A stretch of 63,886 nucleotides of DNA, the filler included, from Octopus bimaculoides (taxonomy: Eukaryota): assembly GCF_001194135.2 (NCBI RefSeq). It is 5 parts of 4 records of this genome, joined end to end, with 100 filler letters (N's around TTAATTAATTAA, not from the genome) between each part and the next. Parts side by side here need not be neighbours in the genome. Positions count along the whole stretch, not along the records: positions 1 to 8,244 come from NC_069005.1; positions 8,345 to 38,708 come from NC_069005.1; 3 more parts are not named here. One strand, written 5' to 3'. This document shows positions 1 to 11,845 of this stretch, one piece after another (positions within the stretch are counted from its first letter, which is position 1; every line of letters starts with the position of its first letter). The translations under genes and the position numbers were made by a program. The notes under the pieces were generated by a model. The model did no database searches. It had not been told where the DNA came from and saw only the letters and a program-made list of their open reading frames with translations.

Positions 1-36
<36 letters not shown>

Positions 37-640
37 TATGTACACACACTCACACACACGCACATAGGAACAAACAAGAGAAATAAAATCCAATGCATAG
101 ATTTATACGTAGGTGTAATATTATAGAAATGACTTAAACTCCGAGAGTCTAATGTATTCATGCATTGCTCTTTATGATGATTGTGATGATAATAACAACA
201 ATAATGATGCGTGTATGTATATATGCATACCTGTATATATTCAATATAAGCATGTGTGTATATGAGCATGTATGTATCTGCGTATATATGTTCGTAAGTA
301 TGTAAACAGTTAAGAATATAGTCATGTCTGCCTCTGGCGCCGTCACTTTTATAATAATAATAATTTTTATTTTTTGTTTTTATAAAGACAGATCGATGCA
401 TTGTATAAACATAGATTGAATGAAATTGGTGAGCCTCTATGTAGTAAACTGTGATATCGCCGCATACTATAATGAACAAAGAACAAATACCAGCTGAATT
501 CTATCAAACAACACCGAGAAACAAAAAAAAAACAACAAAAAAGCAAAGAAAAACAAGAGGAAACAAATACATGTAGGGACATTTGTCGTGGGAGAAATTT
601 AATGAAGTCAGAGAGGTGTGACTATGACAAAATTTACTTT

Positions 641-675
<35 letters not shown>

Positions 676-844
676 ATATAAAACACACACAATCACAAAA
701 AGATGCAGTGTATTATTGTAGAACATTGCATTTCAATCGATCTCTTTTCCATCATATTACTCTCTCCCCCCCTCTCTCTCCTCTCTCTCTCCTCTCTCTC
801 TCTCTCTCTCGGGTTTTTGTGTATATATGTGTGCATGTTAAAAC

Positions 845-1569
845 ACCAAGAGTTAAAACACGAAGAGGATGGAATGTTAGGTTTTTCTCCGATGAGTAAA
901 ACTTCGACCAGGACCCAAAAGTAAACCAAAGCAATGACAGATCGTTATGCAGAGGCCCGTGAGGTTCGAACGGTCATGCATACTAACTTCCCACCAACCG
1001 TGATTGTTCTGGGAGTCGTCAGCAATGAGGGAGATGTCATGTCTTCTCAAAAGCGAATGCCACTTTCTAAATAAAGGTGCTGGAGAAAGTTGTTAAGCCC
1101 TGAGTAGACAGACTACGCAACGGAAGACCGTGTGTCATCCAACAAAACTCTGCGCCATGACATAAGGCTTGGAAAACCCAAACATGGGTGCGTGCTAATC
1201 TTCATGATCATGTTCTCTCAGACACATGACCTCCTCGCTCACCAGAACCCAGCCCACTGGACTATTAAGTAGAGAACGCAGTCGAGAGAGCGGTCAATCA
1301 ATACCCCCGTAACACCATACAATCTCTCAAGTCCGCCATAACAGTACTATGACAAAAATTGATAAAGCTCATCTGATTCGGGCATGTCAACATTTCTGAA
1401 CCCTTGTTGAAACAGCCATTGATGCTAACGATGGATTTATTAAATAGGTGTAATAAAAGGATTCTCAAGGTAATTCGTACCAATTCGTTTTCAAATACAG
1501 CTTTTCATTGATGAGCTATGCGTCTTTTTCTAAATTCATACACATGACCTTAAAGACTGGCGCATGCTG
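845..1569 (+). mobile_element. Decayed maT/DD37D (Bmmar1-like) Tc1/mariner-superfamily transposon, 3' part (pseudogenised transposase plus right end)
   Basis: Manual translation gives FFSDE*NFDQDPKVNQSNDR, REVRTVMHTNFPPTVIVLGVVSNEGDVM, then VLEKVVKP*VDRLRNGRPCVIQQNSAP*HKAWKTQTWVRANLHDHVLSDT*PPRSPEPSPLDY. There are 37 residues between the second catalytic position (D mutated to N) and the D of PLDY. The element ends ...CTGGCGCATGCTG followed by TA (1570-1571). Multiple stops and frameshifts. Confidence 0.85.
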
Positions 1570-1944
1570 TACTTATGTGTGCATGTACTAGTTGCTCCGC
1601 GGATGTCAACATAAAGCTAAAGATTAGCAACAAAGCAAACGTTTACACTGAAATATTGAGAAATTTACTGCTTTTGCTCTCTGATTTGGGGCACTAGGAC
1701 ATATAATATATTGCCTCGGCACCAGTATTGAAAACTTAGGATGTTCAAAACCAGAAATGGAAAAGTTAACTAGAAGACTGCAGATAAAGCTATCAATAGA
1801 AGTGTTAAAAAATTAAAAACTTTCTAAAAGTTAAGCATCTATTATATACATATGCAGATATTTAGCCATGTATGAATATACATACATAAATCAAACACAA
1901 ATCTGCACTGAATACTTGCTAACATACACACATACATACACAAC

Positions 1945-2050
1945 AACCCGGTTGATTTTGAATTTCATTGAAAGAGTCATGAATGTAGGCTAGAAACCGG
2001 TTTTTTCTCCGGTGGCAAGAAATCTAGACATAAAAATAAGTAATAGCATA
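1945..2050 (+). repeat. Unclassified short interspersed repeat (family G), copy 1
   Basis: Shares TAGAAACCGGTT...TGGCAAGAAATCT...ATAAAA with 59880-59997; both copies sit next to (CATA)n-type tracts. Confidence 0.55.
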
Positions 2051-2129
2051 CGTACCCGCTTATATAGACACATATGTACATACACGCTCATGTGCATTTA
2101 TAATTATCTATGTATTGTTTTACTGTTTA

Positions 2130-2483
2130 ATCAGGGATGGAAGGGTAGCATCTACGAGTGTTTAATATGTTCAAGACTTTTGAGTCTGATGGAAAGAAAG
2201 AAGAATTTCTCAAACGGAGCTTTGTTCTCGAACGCTTACAACGATATGATCTCTGCCAAAGGCAGCCAAGGACCAAATGATGGTGTGCTAAACAGAGCGA
2301 GAGATTAAGTCTACCAACCAAGAACTCAGAATGCAAAAGTCAGAACAAATTCTGCCATGTGTCTGAGTCTCAAACACCTCTGTCCACCCCTCCATATTTC
2401 CAATATTACGAGCATTCTTAAGTTATAAACGCCACTGCGAGAAATGGCCCGGCGCCGGTCCGATCAAAGCACCGTGTAAAATG

Positions 2484-2549
<66 letters not shown>
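2130..2549 (+). mobile_element. Possible 3' relic of an RTE-like LINE ending in (TAA)n
   Basis: Non-simple sequence running into a long (TAA)n tract (about 2483-2549). One frame gives FLKRSFVLERLQRYDLCQRQPRTK*W, weakly like the RTE C-terminal RGRPRTRW motif. Weak. Confidence 0.3.
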
Positions 2550-2551
<2 letters not shown>

Positions 2552-3280
2552 CCCCAGCTGAAACCATATCAAGTTCAATACTTGATTGAAACGAAACTCC
2601 TGTATCAGTTATTAAACTGTCCTACTCGAAATATTATTGTGAAACCGGGAAATCACTAACGACTTTAGTTCAAAGTTGCGAGTATGCGTGTATGCATGAA
2701 TATGTGTGTATTTGTGTGTAGATGCGTGTGTATGTATGTCTTTATGTTGAGATGTATATATGTACATACGTAGTGCATTTATATGAGCGTATGTTTCTGT
2801 GAAGGAGTGTGTATGTGTATGTATAAGCATATGTGTGCATGTATATGTTTTATGCGTCTTAATGTATAGGTGTACGTTTGTGTGTGCGAATTAGCCGCCA
2901 TCTTAGCGGATCTGATTAACGCAACAGATTATTAAAATAAAGCAATATTCTGTAAATTTAAAAGGAAATCTGTGAAGAATTGAACACGATTTATTTGTAA
3001 AAGATTGGAAAAAGAAAATACGGAGCAGTTTTATTTCCATTTTTATCTCCATCAACATGTATCATTTGTTGAAGCAATAAGAATGACTCGATGTGGTCCG
3101 ATCAAATTGCTAGATATAGTAGCAAAATCATTCCGTCATTCACACTCAACATTTAAAATAAACTAAAGATATATTGGATATTAGTCCAAGATAGACTTAT
3201 CTGAAAATAAAAGAAAGGGTCGTCACGACTGAAAATCCTTATGATTTTCGGCCAGCTATGATTGAGCAACAAGAACAGCC

Positions 3281-3510
3281 CGTGTGTGTGTTTGTACCTG
3301 TTTGTTCTCCACCACCGATTGATGACCGGTGTTGGTGTCTTTACGTCCCCGTAACTTAGTGATTCGGCAAAAGAGTCCGATAAAGTAAGCACCAGACTTC
3401 AAAGAGGAAAAAGAAAGTACCGGAGTCGATTCATTGGACTAAAAATTCCCCAAGGTGGTGCCCCAACATGGTCGCTGTCGATTGACTGAAGCAAGTAAAA
3501 GATAAAAGAT
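3281..3510 (+). mobile_element. SINE-B 3' half (post-microsatellite tail)
   Basis: Matches the family-B tail (CCCCGTAACTTAG...GGTGCTCCAGCATGGCCGCAGTC...GAAACAAGTAAAAGA) seen in many copies in this window; ends in TAAAAGA repeats. Confidence 0.75.
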
Positions 3511-3674
3511 ATATGCTATTTGGATGATACTGTTAAAAGCAGCTTATTAGCTATTTCCAAACAATTACATAGATGTAAGCAGAGTTGACCTGCCATAGTT
3601 TTGTTCTAGGATACAGTAAACAGCGACTGCTTAACGTGTCTGATTGAGCTGGATGGAGAACAATAGAAAGAGAG

Positions 3675-3986
3675 AGACAGAGGATGATAGAGAGAGAGAG
3701 GATGATAGAATGAGAGAGAGGATGATAGAGAGAGAGAGGATGATAGAGAGAGAGAGGATGATAGAGAGAGGATGATAGAGAGAGAGAGGATGATAGAGAG
3801 AGGATGATAGAGAGAGGATGATAGAGAGAGAGAGAGAGGATGATAGAGAGAGGATGATAGAGAGAAAGGATGATAGAGAGAGAGAGGATGATAGAGAGAG
3901 AGAGAGTGGATGATAGAGAGAGAGAGAGGATGATAGAGAGAGAGAGGATGATAGAGAGAGAGAGGATGATAGAGAGAGAGAGAGGA

Positions 3987-4022
<36 letters not shown>

Positions 4023-4035
4023 TGATAGAGAGGAA
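3675..4035. repeat. Compound (GA)n-GGATGATA minisatellite, about 19 units of variable length
   Basis: Repeated GGATGATAG separated by variable-length (AG)n runs; strongly purine-biased strand. Confidence 0.9.
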
Positions 4036-4471
4036 GAAAGCGGGTGAGAGAGGATAGAGGAGAAGTGAGATATGTTATTCGGCGAATTATTGATTTCGCA
4101 GTTCTAAAATGATTTTTTTTTTGTTTCTTTTTTATACCTTAGATGAATACAACTCTGTAGACTTGCTCATTGGAACAGAAATGGCCTGCTTTCTACTCGT
4201 CGTCTTACACATTTCGAGCTAGCATGACCTGTTCTGCCGCACCGTTTTGGAATTGGATTTTAACAAACCTTTACAGCACTACCCAAAGATATTCCACTTC
4301 AATGACACTGATCTTGTTGTGGCAATGATGGGGGGGGGACGCAGTGNNNNNNNNNNNNNNNNNNNNGATAGTGATGATGATAGTGGTATTAGTAGTAGTT
4401 GTCATCGTCGTCATCGCAGTAGTAGTAATATTGTTGTTTAACCCTAGGTCATCTCTGATTGAGTAGAGAAA

Positions 4472-4860
4472 TGTTGTTGTTGGCACTCCGTCGCTTACGA
4501 CGTCGAGGGTTCCAGTTGATCCGATCAACGGAACAGCCTGCTCGTGAAATTAACGTGCAAGTAGCTGAGCACTCCACAGACGCGTGTACCCTTAACGTAG
4601 TTCTCGGGGATATTCAGCGTGACACAGTGTGACAAGGCTGGCCCCTTTGCAATACAGGCACAGCAGAAACAGGAAGAAAGAGTGAGAGAAAGCTGTGGTG
4701 AAAGAGTACAGCAGGGTTCGCCACCATCCCCTGCCGGAGCCTCGTGGAGCTTTAGGTGTTTTCGCTCAATAAACACTCACAACGCCCGGTCTGGGAATCG
4801 AAACCGCGATCCTATGACCGCGAATCCGCTGCCCTAACCACTGGGCCATTGCGCATCCAC
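4472..4860 (-). mobile_element. SINE-C, near full-length, tRNA-like head, (AAC)n tail
   Basis: The reverse complement has TGGCCCAGTGGTTAGG (A box) and GGTTTCGATTCC (B box), and is highly similar to 44595-44973. Tail is GTGCCAACAACAAC. Confidence 0.9.
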
Positions 4861-5286
4861 GTGTGCATACATATACATACATATACATGTACATACATAT
4901 ACATATACATACAAGGGTAGGCCGAAAGGTTCATAGGGTGACTACGAAAGGGTGATGTTAGATATGTGGAATCCTGCATGCGTTAATTCCAACTCTTCTT
5001 ATTTATAACTGCATTGTTTCTTTCCAATGCAAAGTCCTGATTCATCATCCCAGAAAACTTGAAACCAGTTTGAATCACAATTATCAGGCCTATAAAGAAG
5101 CACAAACTCTTTTGCATGTTCTACTCGATTAATGAGTTGAGCTCAACAACTCTGATATGGCGACGTTCTGGGGTATCAATATAAATCTTGATTCATCGTC
5201 CCTGAGAAATCCTCGAAACCAGTTTGAATCACAAGTACCAGGCTTATAAACGAAGTACAAAATATTCTCAATGCTTTACTCAATGT

Positions 5287-5428
5287 GGTGAGCTGGTAGA
5301 ATCATTAGCGCAGCGGACAAAATGTCTAGCAGTATTTCTTCCGACTCATTACTATCTGAGGTCAACCTTGCCTTTCATCATTTGAGCATTTCCCCCAAAT
5401 TTCAGGTCTTGTGCCTATTGTAGAAAGA
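5287..5428 (+). mobile_element. SINE-A, internally deleted, tail type 2
   Basis: GGTGAGCTGGTAGAATC head, GCCTTTCATC core, TTTCAGGTCTTGTGCCTATTGTAGAAAG tail. Confidence 0.75.
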
Positions 5429-5533
5429 AAATGCTTTATTTGATTAACAATGGCGTCCTAGTACACCTTTCAGGGTTCAAACCGGCCTCTTTTAACCTTC
5501 TGTAATGGGTCTGCTAGAAACAGTCTTGTTTCT

Positions 5534-5765
5534 TATTACTTTATTGCCCACAAGGGGCGAAACATAGAGGAGACAAACAAGGACAAACAGAGGGATTAAG
5601 TCGAGTACATCGACCCCAGTGCGTAACTCGTACTTAATTTATCGACCCCGAAGGATGAAAGGCTAAGTCGACCTCGGCGGAATTTGAACTCAGGACTTAA
5701 CGGCAGACGAAATACCGCTAAGCATTTCGCCCGGCGCGCTACCGATTCTGCCAGCTCGCCGCCTT
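5534..5765 (-). mobile_element. SINE-A, full-length young copy with 16-bp target-site duplication, tail type 1
   Basis: Head AAGGCGGCGAGCTGGCAGAATCGG (A box), GAGTTCAAATTCC (B box), core GCCTTTCATCCTTCGGGGTCGATAAATTAAGTAC. Flanked by identical AAACAGTCTTGTTTCT at 5518-5533 and 5766-5781. Confidence 0.95.
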
Positions 5766-7191
5766 AAACAGTCTTGTTTCTAACAGTTCCAAATCCCGTT
5801 GATAGTTGCCGCAGGCTTTTTTTCTTATATGAAAAATCGCTGTTTTTTAAAATCTTTACTTGTAGCGGTTCCAGGCTTAACAAACCCTTTCTTTCCTGCG
5901 GCAGCACCAGTTTTCTGCAAGTGTAGAACCTTTTCGCTTTACAGCAGACAGAAAAAATAGGAATTTTTTTTTGTCCTTTAATGGTTTGTAGAAATCAAAA
6001 TATGCTGTACCTGCTTTCTAAAGAATAAGTAATTTGATTTTTATCTACATCAGCACAAAATTCTTTATCCTTTAAGACATATCTAACACAAAAGGAAAAA
6101 AAAAACCCCTCAAAAAACAACGGCTTAATGTAGCTATCCACATTGTAATTAGAGCTAATTACGCATAACTTCTGACATTTAAAATGACTTCTAAGTTCTT
6201 GACATTTCATACTTGTTATTTTAAACTTTATATTATAAAGCCAATACTATCATTTAGTTCTATAACTATAGTTTTAACCCCTTCTTTCTTATCTGAGATA
6301 TTGGCCCTTAACGATAACAGAAGAAAAAAAATCAGGGAAGTTTGAGAATTTCGTTTTTCTACATAAATGATTTTCGACGAAAAATACTATTGAGAGCGCT
6401 TTGGAAGAAGTATTCCTGCTTTTGAAGCAAATAACCTATTTAAACTGCTATATGTGCAACACTTTTTACGCACTGAATTCACGAAAACATACGTAACTCA
6501 TTTTTTGTCCACGCCTGTACATACACACACACACACACATATGTGTGTGCATGTGCGTGTGTGTATGTCTATATATATATATATATATGCGTTTGTACAT
6601 ATACATATGTGAGTGTATGTATGTACTTATACATACCTACACACAGATGTACACAGCTCACATCTCATATACATGCATGCTTACTTATATGTATAGTTAA
6701 TTTCTCTCTCTCTCTCTTCTCTCTCATCTTATTTGTTTATGTATGTGTAAACATAAATGTGTGTATAAAAACAAGTGTGTACAAATATATAAACTTGAAT
6801 GTAATTATTTTTTTCTTCTTCGAGTCCCTGCGTATTGATTATTTAAGATGTTTTGTTTCAATAATGGAAATGGAAAATCGATCAGAGATTTGCGAAGAAT
6901 ATGCAAACAGAATCGCAGAATGTACGAATTAATGTCAAAACAGGATCAGAATAGTGGAACATTATGTTATTTGGTGCATCTCTTCGGAGAGTAAAACGCA
7001 CTGATTTTTGAGTCCACCCACTCATTAAAGTTCCTTTTGTTTAGTTGTACTTTTGACATGCTCTTTATCTTCAATTGCTCAAAATTTAATTATTCACAAA
7101 AGGGGAATAGATGGTCCCATCTCGGGAGAAAATTTTGAAGTTAAATGTTCTTGCAATTATATAAATCTCTCCAATGATATCTTCATCTTGT

Positions 7192-7330
7192 ATCTTTTAC
7201 TTGTTTCAGTCATTAGACTTCGGCCATGCTGGAGTACCGCCTTTAATAACTTTTATTTTTTTAAAGCCTGGTGCTTATTTTATCACCGCTAAGTTATTGC
7301 TTCAAACAAAGAAACGAAAGGCAAAATAAA
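7192..7330 (-). mobile_element. SINE-B tail fragment
   Basis: CTTTTACTTGTTTCAGTCATTAGACTTCGGCCATGCTGGAG matches the family-B 3' end. Confidence 0.7.
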
Positions 7331-7428
7331 CCCCCGACGGATTTGAACTCAGAACGTAAAAGGACGTATCTAAATACCTGTAACTTTTTGTCTACTATTC
7401 ATCCTTCCATCTTCGTCCGTCTCCACGA

Positions 7429-7561
7429 TCTGAGTTCAAATTCTGCCGAGGTCGGCTTTGCCTTTCATCCCCTCGGAGTCGATAAAATAAGTCCCAGTTG
7501 AACGTTGGGATCAATGTAATCGATTTGCCGCCTATGGCAGAAAGGATTATTATTATTATTA
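7429..7561 (+). mobile_element. SINE-A 3' part ending in (ATT)n tail
   Basis: TCTGAGTTCAAATTCTGCCGAGGTCGGCTTTGCCTTTCATCC...GCCTATGGCAGAAAGG(ATT)n. Confidence 0.8.
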
Positions 7562-7985
7562 TATAGCCGTTCAATATTTGGTAGATTGAGGCAAATTTCT
7601 ACTGCATCACCTGCTATACCACCGTGTTGCTGGGGTGTGTGCATCATTGTGTGTTCTTTTCAGCTGTTGGGAGTGTGCGAATTCTTCCCGGTACTGTATT
7701 GTGTTGGTTTTTCTCTTGAGGTGTTGTGCTGTCTTTTGTTGTGTTACTGCTTGTATAGTGTTGAGTGTGTAAGGCTTTGGTTTTCTAGCTTGCTGGTGGG
7801 AGTTTATTTCACTGGATAAATGCTGTATAGAGCGCGTTGTGTATTCATGGGATGTTTTGTTTAGGTTATATTACTGGATTGATAGTGTCTTGCGCAGGAT
7901 GTGGGCTGTTCCTAGCAGGGCTATTTTTTGGACAGTGTATAGTGTTGAGGATCCAGGCATAGCTTCTACATATTTGTTCATGGAT
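7562..7985 (-). mobile_element. R4/Dong-clade (RLE-type) non-LTR retrotransposon, 5'-truncated 3' end with about 310-bp 3' UTR
   Basis: 7981-7871 (minus) translates MNKYVEAMPGSSTLYTVQKIALLGTAHILRKTLSIQ*, the QKxxLLGTAxILR C-terminus typical of R4/Dong ORFs. The 3' UTR runs directly into (AAT)n. Confidence 0.85.
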
Positions 7986-8244
7986 CTTTTTTAAAACGGG
8001 GGCCACATTTTTCATTAACGAAACACTTTGAAACTTGGAACACTGGTAGAATGTGTCATATAAAACATCTTTTTCTCTTAGTCTTCTTAAAAAAAAAAAA
8101 GAAATCCCTAAGTTATTCCGTGTTAAAGTTGTCGTATTTCTGTAATTTCAACCAATCACTGACGTCCATTCAGCCGATATACATTAAGTGCCGACTACAT
8201 AAACAAACGATTCTGAAACAATTCTATTGGTGATAGGGTTAGGG

Positions 8245-8344
8245 NNNNNNNNNNNNNNNNNNNNNNNNNNNNNNNNNNNNNNNNNNNNTTAATTAATTAA
8301 NNNNNNNNNNNNNNNNNNNNNNNNNNNNNNNNNNNNNNNNNNNN
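8245..8344. other. 100-nt scaffold join with synthetic TTAATTAATTAA linker (also 38709-38808, 49130-49229, 60382-60481)
   Basis: All four are exactly 44 N + TTAATTAATTAA + 44 N; the 12-mer has stops in all six frames. Confidence 0.95.
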
Positions 8345-9324
8345 CGAAGCAGATAAAGCTATAAAATACATAAATATTAACTTCATAAGAATTTTAAAAC
8401 TTCGAAAGAATGTGAAACAATAATTTTTTAGAACGATGCAACTCGAAGCAGATAAAGCTATAAAATTAGTGTGTAAATATTGGGTGAAAAAAAAGCAAAA
8501 CTATTCGACGGAAAAGTGAGGTAGTGTTCTCCCAAAAGCTTAATCTAAATATTCTACACGTTATTAGTAATGGTTTTATCAGCTTTGAATTTCACCGTTT
8601 AATAAAAGAATTAAAATAAATATATAAAGGAATGTAGGAATAGAAGAACGAGAAAATTAACAGGGACAGGATGAATACTGGAATAAGAAGGCTAGAAAAT
8701 GTATGTAAGGAAAGGTTAAAAAGAGAAGATAGAGAAGCTACTTAAACCACTATTACTGACGTGTTTGAATGAGAATCAAAATACAAGCTAAAAAAGAAAA
8801 CAGGAGTGAACAGTTAATTGAATGAGAGGAACGAATGAAATAGAGAACCGTATAGAACAAAAGTCCAAGTAAACAAACGCCTAAGAAATAATAATGATAA
8901 AAATTAAAATATAAAACAAGAATAACCAGCAATGGTAAATGATCGCATAAAGCTTATTTAAAAATAAATACTAACGTAAAAGAATGTGAGAGTGGAAGAA
9001 TGATAAAACGAACATAAAGTAAAAGGATTATCAGAATGTTGGAACGTGATATCTAACCTCGCATCACTTTATGTTATCAGTAGTATCATCTACGCCAAAG
9101 TGTTAAACACTTTTAAATAGTTTAACTGGAAAAGGTAAGGAGAGGTTAGTATCGGAATGACAGTAGAGGATAACAAGTTAACTTTTGGTAAGATACGCTG
9201 CACACATAAGCGAAACAAAGCACACTCATATATAGATACATGTACACAGATGCACGTCCACTAAAAATAATAGTTATATACAATTATAAACGCAGGGCAC
9301 TATATATATATATATATATATATG

Positions 9325-9405
9325 CGCAGGCGTGGCAGTGTGGTAAGAAGTTTGCTTTCGAAACGTATGGTTCCGAGTTCAGTCCCACTGCGCAGCACCT
9401 TCAGC
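9325..9405 (+). mobile_element. SINE-B head fragment
   Basis: GCAGGCGTGGCAGTGTGGTAAGAAG...GAGTTCAGTCCCACTGCGCAGCACCTT, the tRNA-like head of family B. Confidence 0.7.
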
Positions 9406-10166
9406 GATCAATTTCTTAAAATCGTAGATGAGGTAAATCCAAAGCAAACTGCACGAGAATCTACAAATCTTCGATTCAGGTCACACGTCGGTCATAAAAC
9501 TGTATCATAAATTAAGAGAATTGTCTGAAATTGGTCAATTCGTTCGTCATCATTTGATTGCTTCTGAGCTTGGTCAATGAAATGACCTCGGCTCATTATT
9601 GTAGACCTGACTTGCTATCGAACTTTTCTTAATCACAAGTGTTGAAAGTGGGCTTCTATAATCGTATCCCACGAAATGGTCAACATCTAATAAAAAAAAT
9701 AAGAATTCATCCACAAACTAGCACTACACTCGAATAAACTTACGCTGTGTTTGGTGGAATATGAAGTGTGCCGTCTGTTATGAAGTGTTAATCCAAAACG
9801 AAACATTTAATGCGGAGAAGTATTGTCGTCAATAGAAGCTATCGCAAGGCATTTTGTCTGACGCTGTAATAATTTTTCTAAACAACAGCACTGAATAACG
9901 TATGAAAAAAAAACAAACAAACCAAAAAAACTGAATCGATGGCAGAATTATCGCTTAAATATCATTAAGGAAAGTTTGTTTGATGAGAGCTGATCTAGGA
10001 CTAAATAATAACAAGCCAACGAGTGAATCTTTAAATTTTTATCCAGTTTATAGAAATAGTAATTTAAAAGACTCGAACCGCATTCTTGCATCTTGGAAAA
10101 ACGTCTTGTTTTTACTAACGTGTGTGTTTCTGTTTCTATGCACGCTTTATGCGTGCCAGTATGTAT

Positions 10167-10378
10167 GGAATCGTTAGCACGTCGGGGAAAATGCTTAGTG
10201 ACATTCCTTCCGTCTTTACGCTCTGGGTTCAAATGCCAATGGAGTCGACTTTGTCTTTCATCCTTTCGGAGTCGATGAAATAGATACCAGTTGAGCACTG
10301 CGATCGATTTAATCGACTTATCCCACCCCAACCCCACCTTCGAAATTGCTAGCCTTATACCAAAGTTTAAAACCAATA
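10167..10378 (+). mobile_element. SINE-A, tail type 3
   Basis: GAATCGTTAGCACG head, GGGTTCAAATGCC B box, core, GAAATTGCTAGCCTTATACCAAAGTTTAAAACCAATAT tail. Confidence 0.8.
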
Positions 10379-11559
10379 TGTATGTAGATTCACTTTTGTA
10401 TATCAAGCTGTACTCACACACAGTCACGTACACAGATAGACTGATATGTTAGAAAGAATGTTCTCTTGCATGTCGGAATAGGAAAGAAAAATGCTTCTAT
10501 GGTCTCAGTTGATTTATTTAATCAAGCTAATATTACATTTCATTATTACTGATATAATCCCATCAATTTGACAAATTCTTGATTCCTCGCAGGTGAAATT
10601 CTTCAAATCTACATCTGCAAGCAAAGAAAATGGTGGATGTATAAGATAAATAAATTTTGGATAAATACTGTGTAAGGAGAATATAAGATGAAATGGTAAC
10701 AAACGAAAAGAATGTGTGGTCATGGAGGATCATGACTGTATTCAGTCTGAATCGACCAGTCAGAAAAGAAACTAAGTGTTGGTTCAAACTGCTAAATTTT
10801 GCAAGAAACATCTCTCACATATAACACCCTAGATGCTTAAAAGTGGTGGTGCTAGCACTGTATGTTCCACGTCCAGATCCATAGTCTGTTAAGACGGAAG
10901 CAGAGGTCTTAGATCAAATAGTCTCTAATTGATAGGCAATCATCTCTGCTTGTAATAAATTGGATGCAAGTGGAAACTAAACCATACTTTGGTCATATCT
11001 GCTACCAATAATTCGAGACTTGAGATAACCTCATGCTAATATTCAGCCTCGGAAAGTGTTGGCGTAAGGGACTACATCGGCAGCAGGTTGATGTTAAACT
11101 CTGAACCAACCTATGTAGAATACGTCCAAAGAAATACCCCCAAACTAATCACAGTGGCAAACGCTTAAGAAGGTATCATCAGGCTTCGTTCATTAATCAG
11201 TTAGCAAATGGAGATGGTTACAGCTGGAAGAATGCTATTGATTACAGATTCGCTCTACAAGGAAGTCTTTACAACTTTGCGTAACCCTTTGCCTTCCAAA
11301 GCATTTTCATAAGTTCGTCCTAAACGTCTACGTTTTGAGACTTTTGTAAGGCATTGTTTCGTACAATCTGAGTATTATACGCCTTTCCTTTTATAAATTC
11401 CAAGTTATTCTGGTCGTTGAAAAGAAAGGAAATGTATATCATATATGATGCATGAGAATTATGTTTTGTGTTTCACATGTGATACAAGGGACAGGCAATG
11501 GCTAACATATTAAAATTCCTAGCAACCAAACTTCCCACAAACCTACCAAACTGGCGTAT

Positions 11560-11845
11560 TGGTTCTTCACTCTACATCTACTGCTAGTATAATTTGATAT
11601 AATAAACTATGTTCTCTGGTGTCAGTTGGGCTCATGCTATCTCCACTTTGCCTTTCCTATTTCACTCGTCTCTAATTCATCATTTGTGCTGTGGTCAACA
11701 CGAAAGGCTCTACCTTAATCATTACAGCCATTCCCTCGTTACTCGAATACCATCCTTGTGGAACTCCCTCCTTGTTCATACCATTCCTGCAGATGTTGAT
11801 CTGTAACGATTCAAGACGAAGATTAATGCTCTCAAATTTTGGCAT
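11560..11845 (+). mobile_element. CR1/L2/Jockey-group LINE ORF2 C-terminal relic
   Basis: Translation ...LNHYSHSLVTRIPSLWNSLLVHTIPADVDL*RFKTKINAL resembles the conserved YSxSFxxRxxxLWNSLPxxxxxxxxLxxFK C-terminus of these LINEs. Confidence 0.65.

Noticed and set aside
8234-8244. TAGGGTTAGGG telomere-like end before a gap
   Set aside because: Only two units, at the end of an interspersed-repeat-like segment (7995-8244); insufficient for an interstitial telomere.
8289-8300. TTAATTAATTAA palindrome recurring at 8289, 38753, 49174 and 60426
   Set aside because: Always centred in 44N+12+44N; a synthetic six-frame-stop scaffold linker. It also means contiguity across these points is not guaranteed.
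8345-8466. 23-bp direct repeat CGAAGCAGATAAAGCTATAAAAT at 99-bp spacing
   Set aside because: Two copies at a contig edge; cannot be separated from a contig-end artefact or a trivial duplication.
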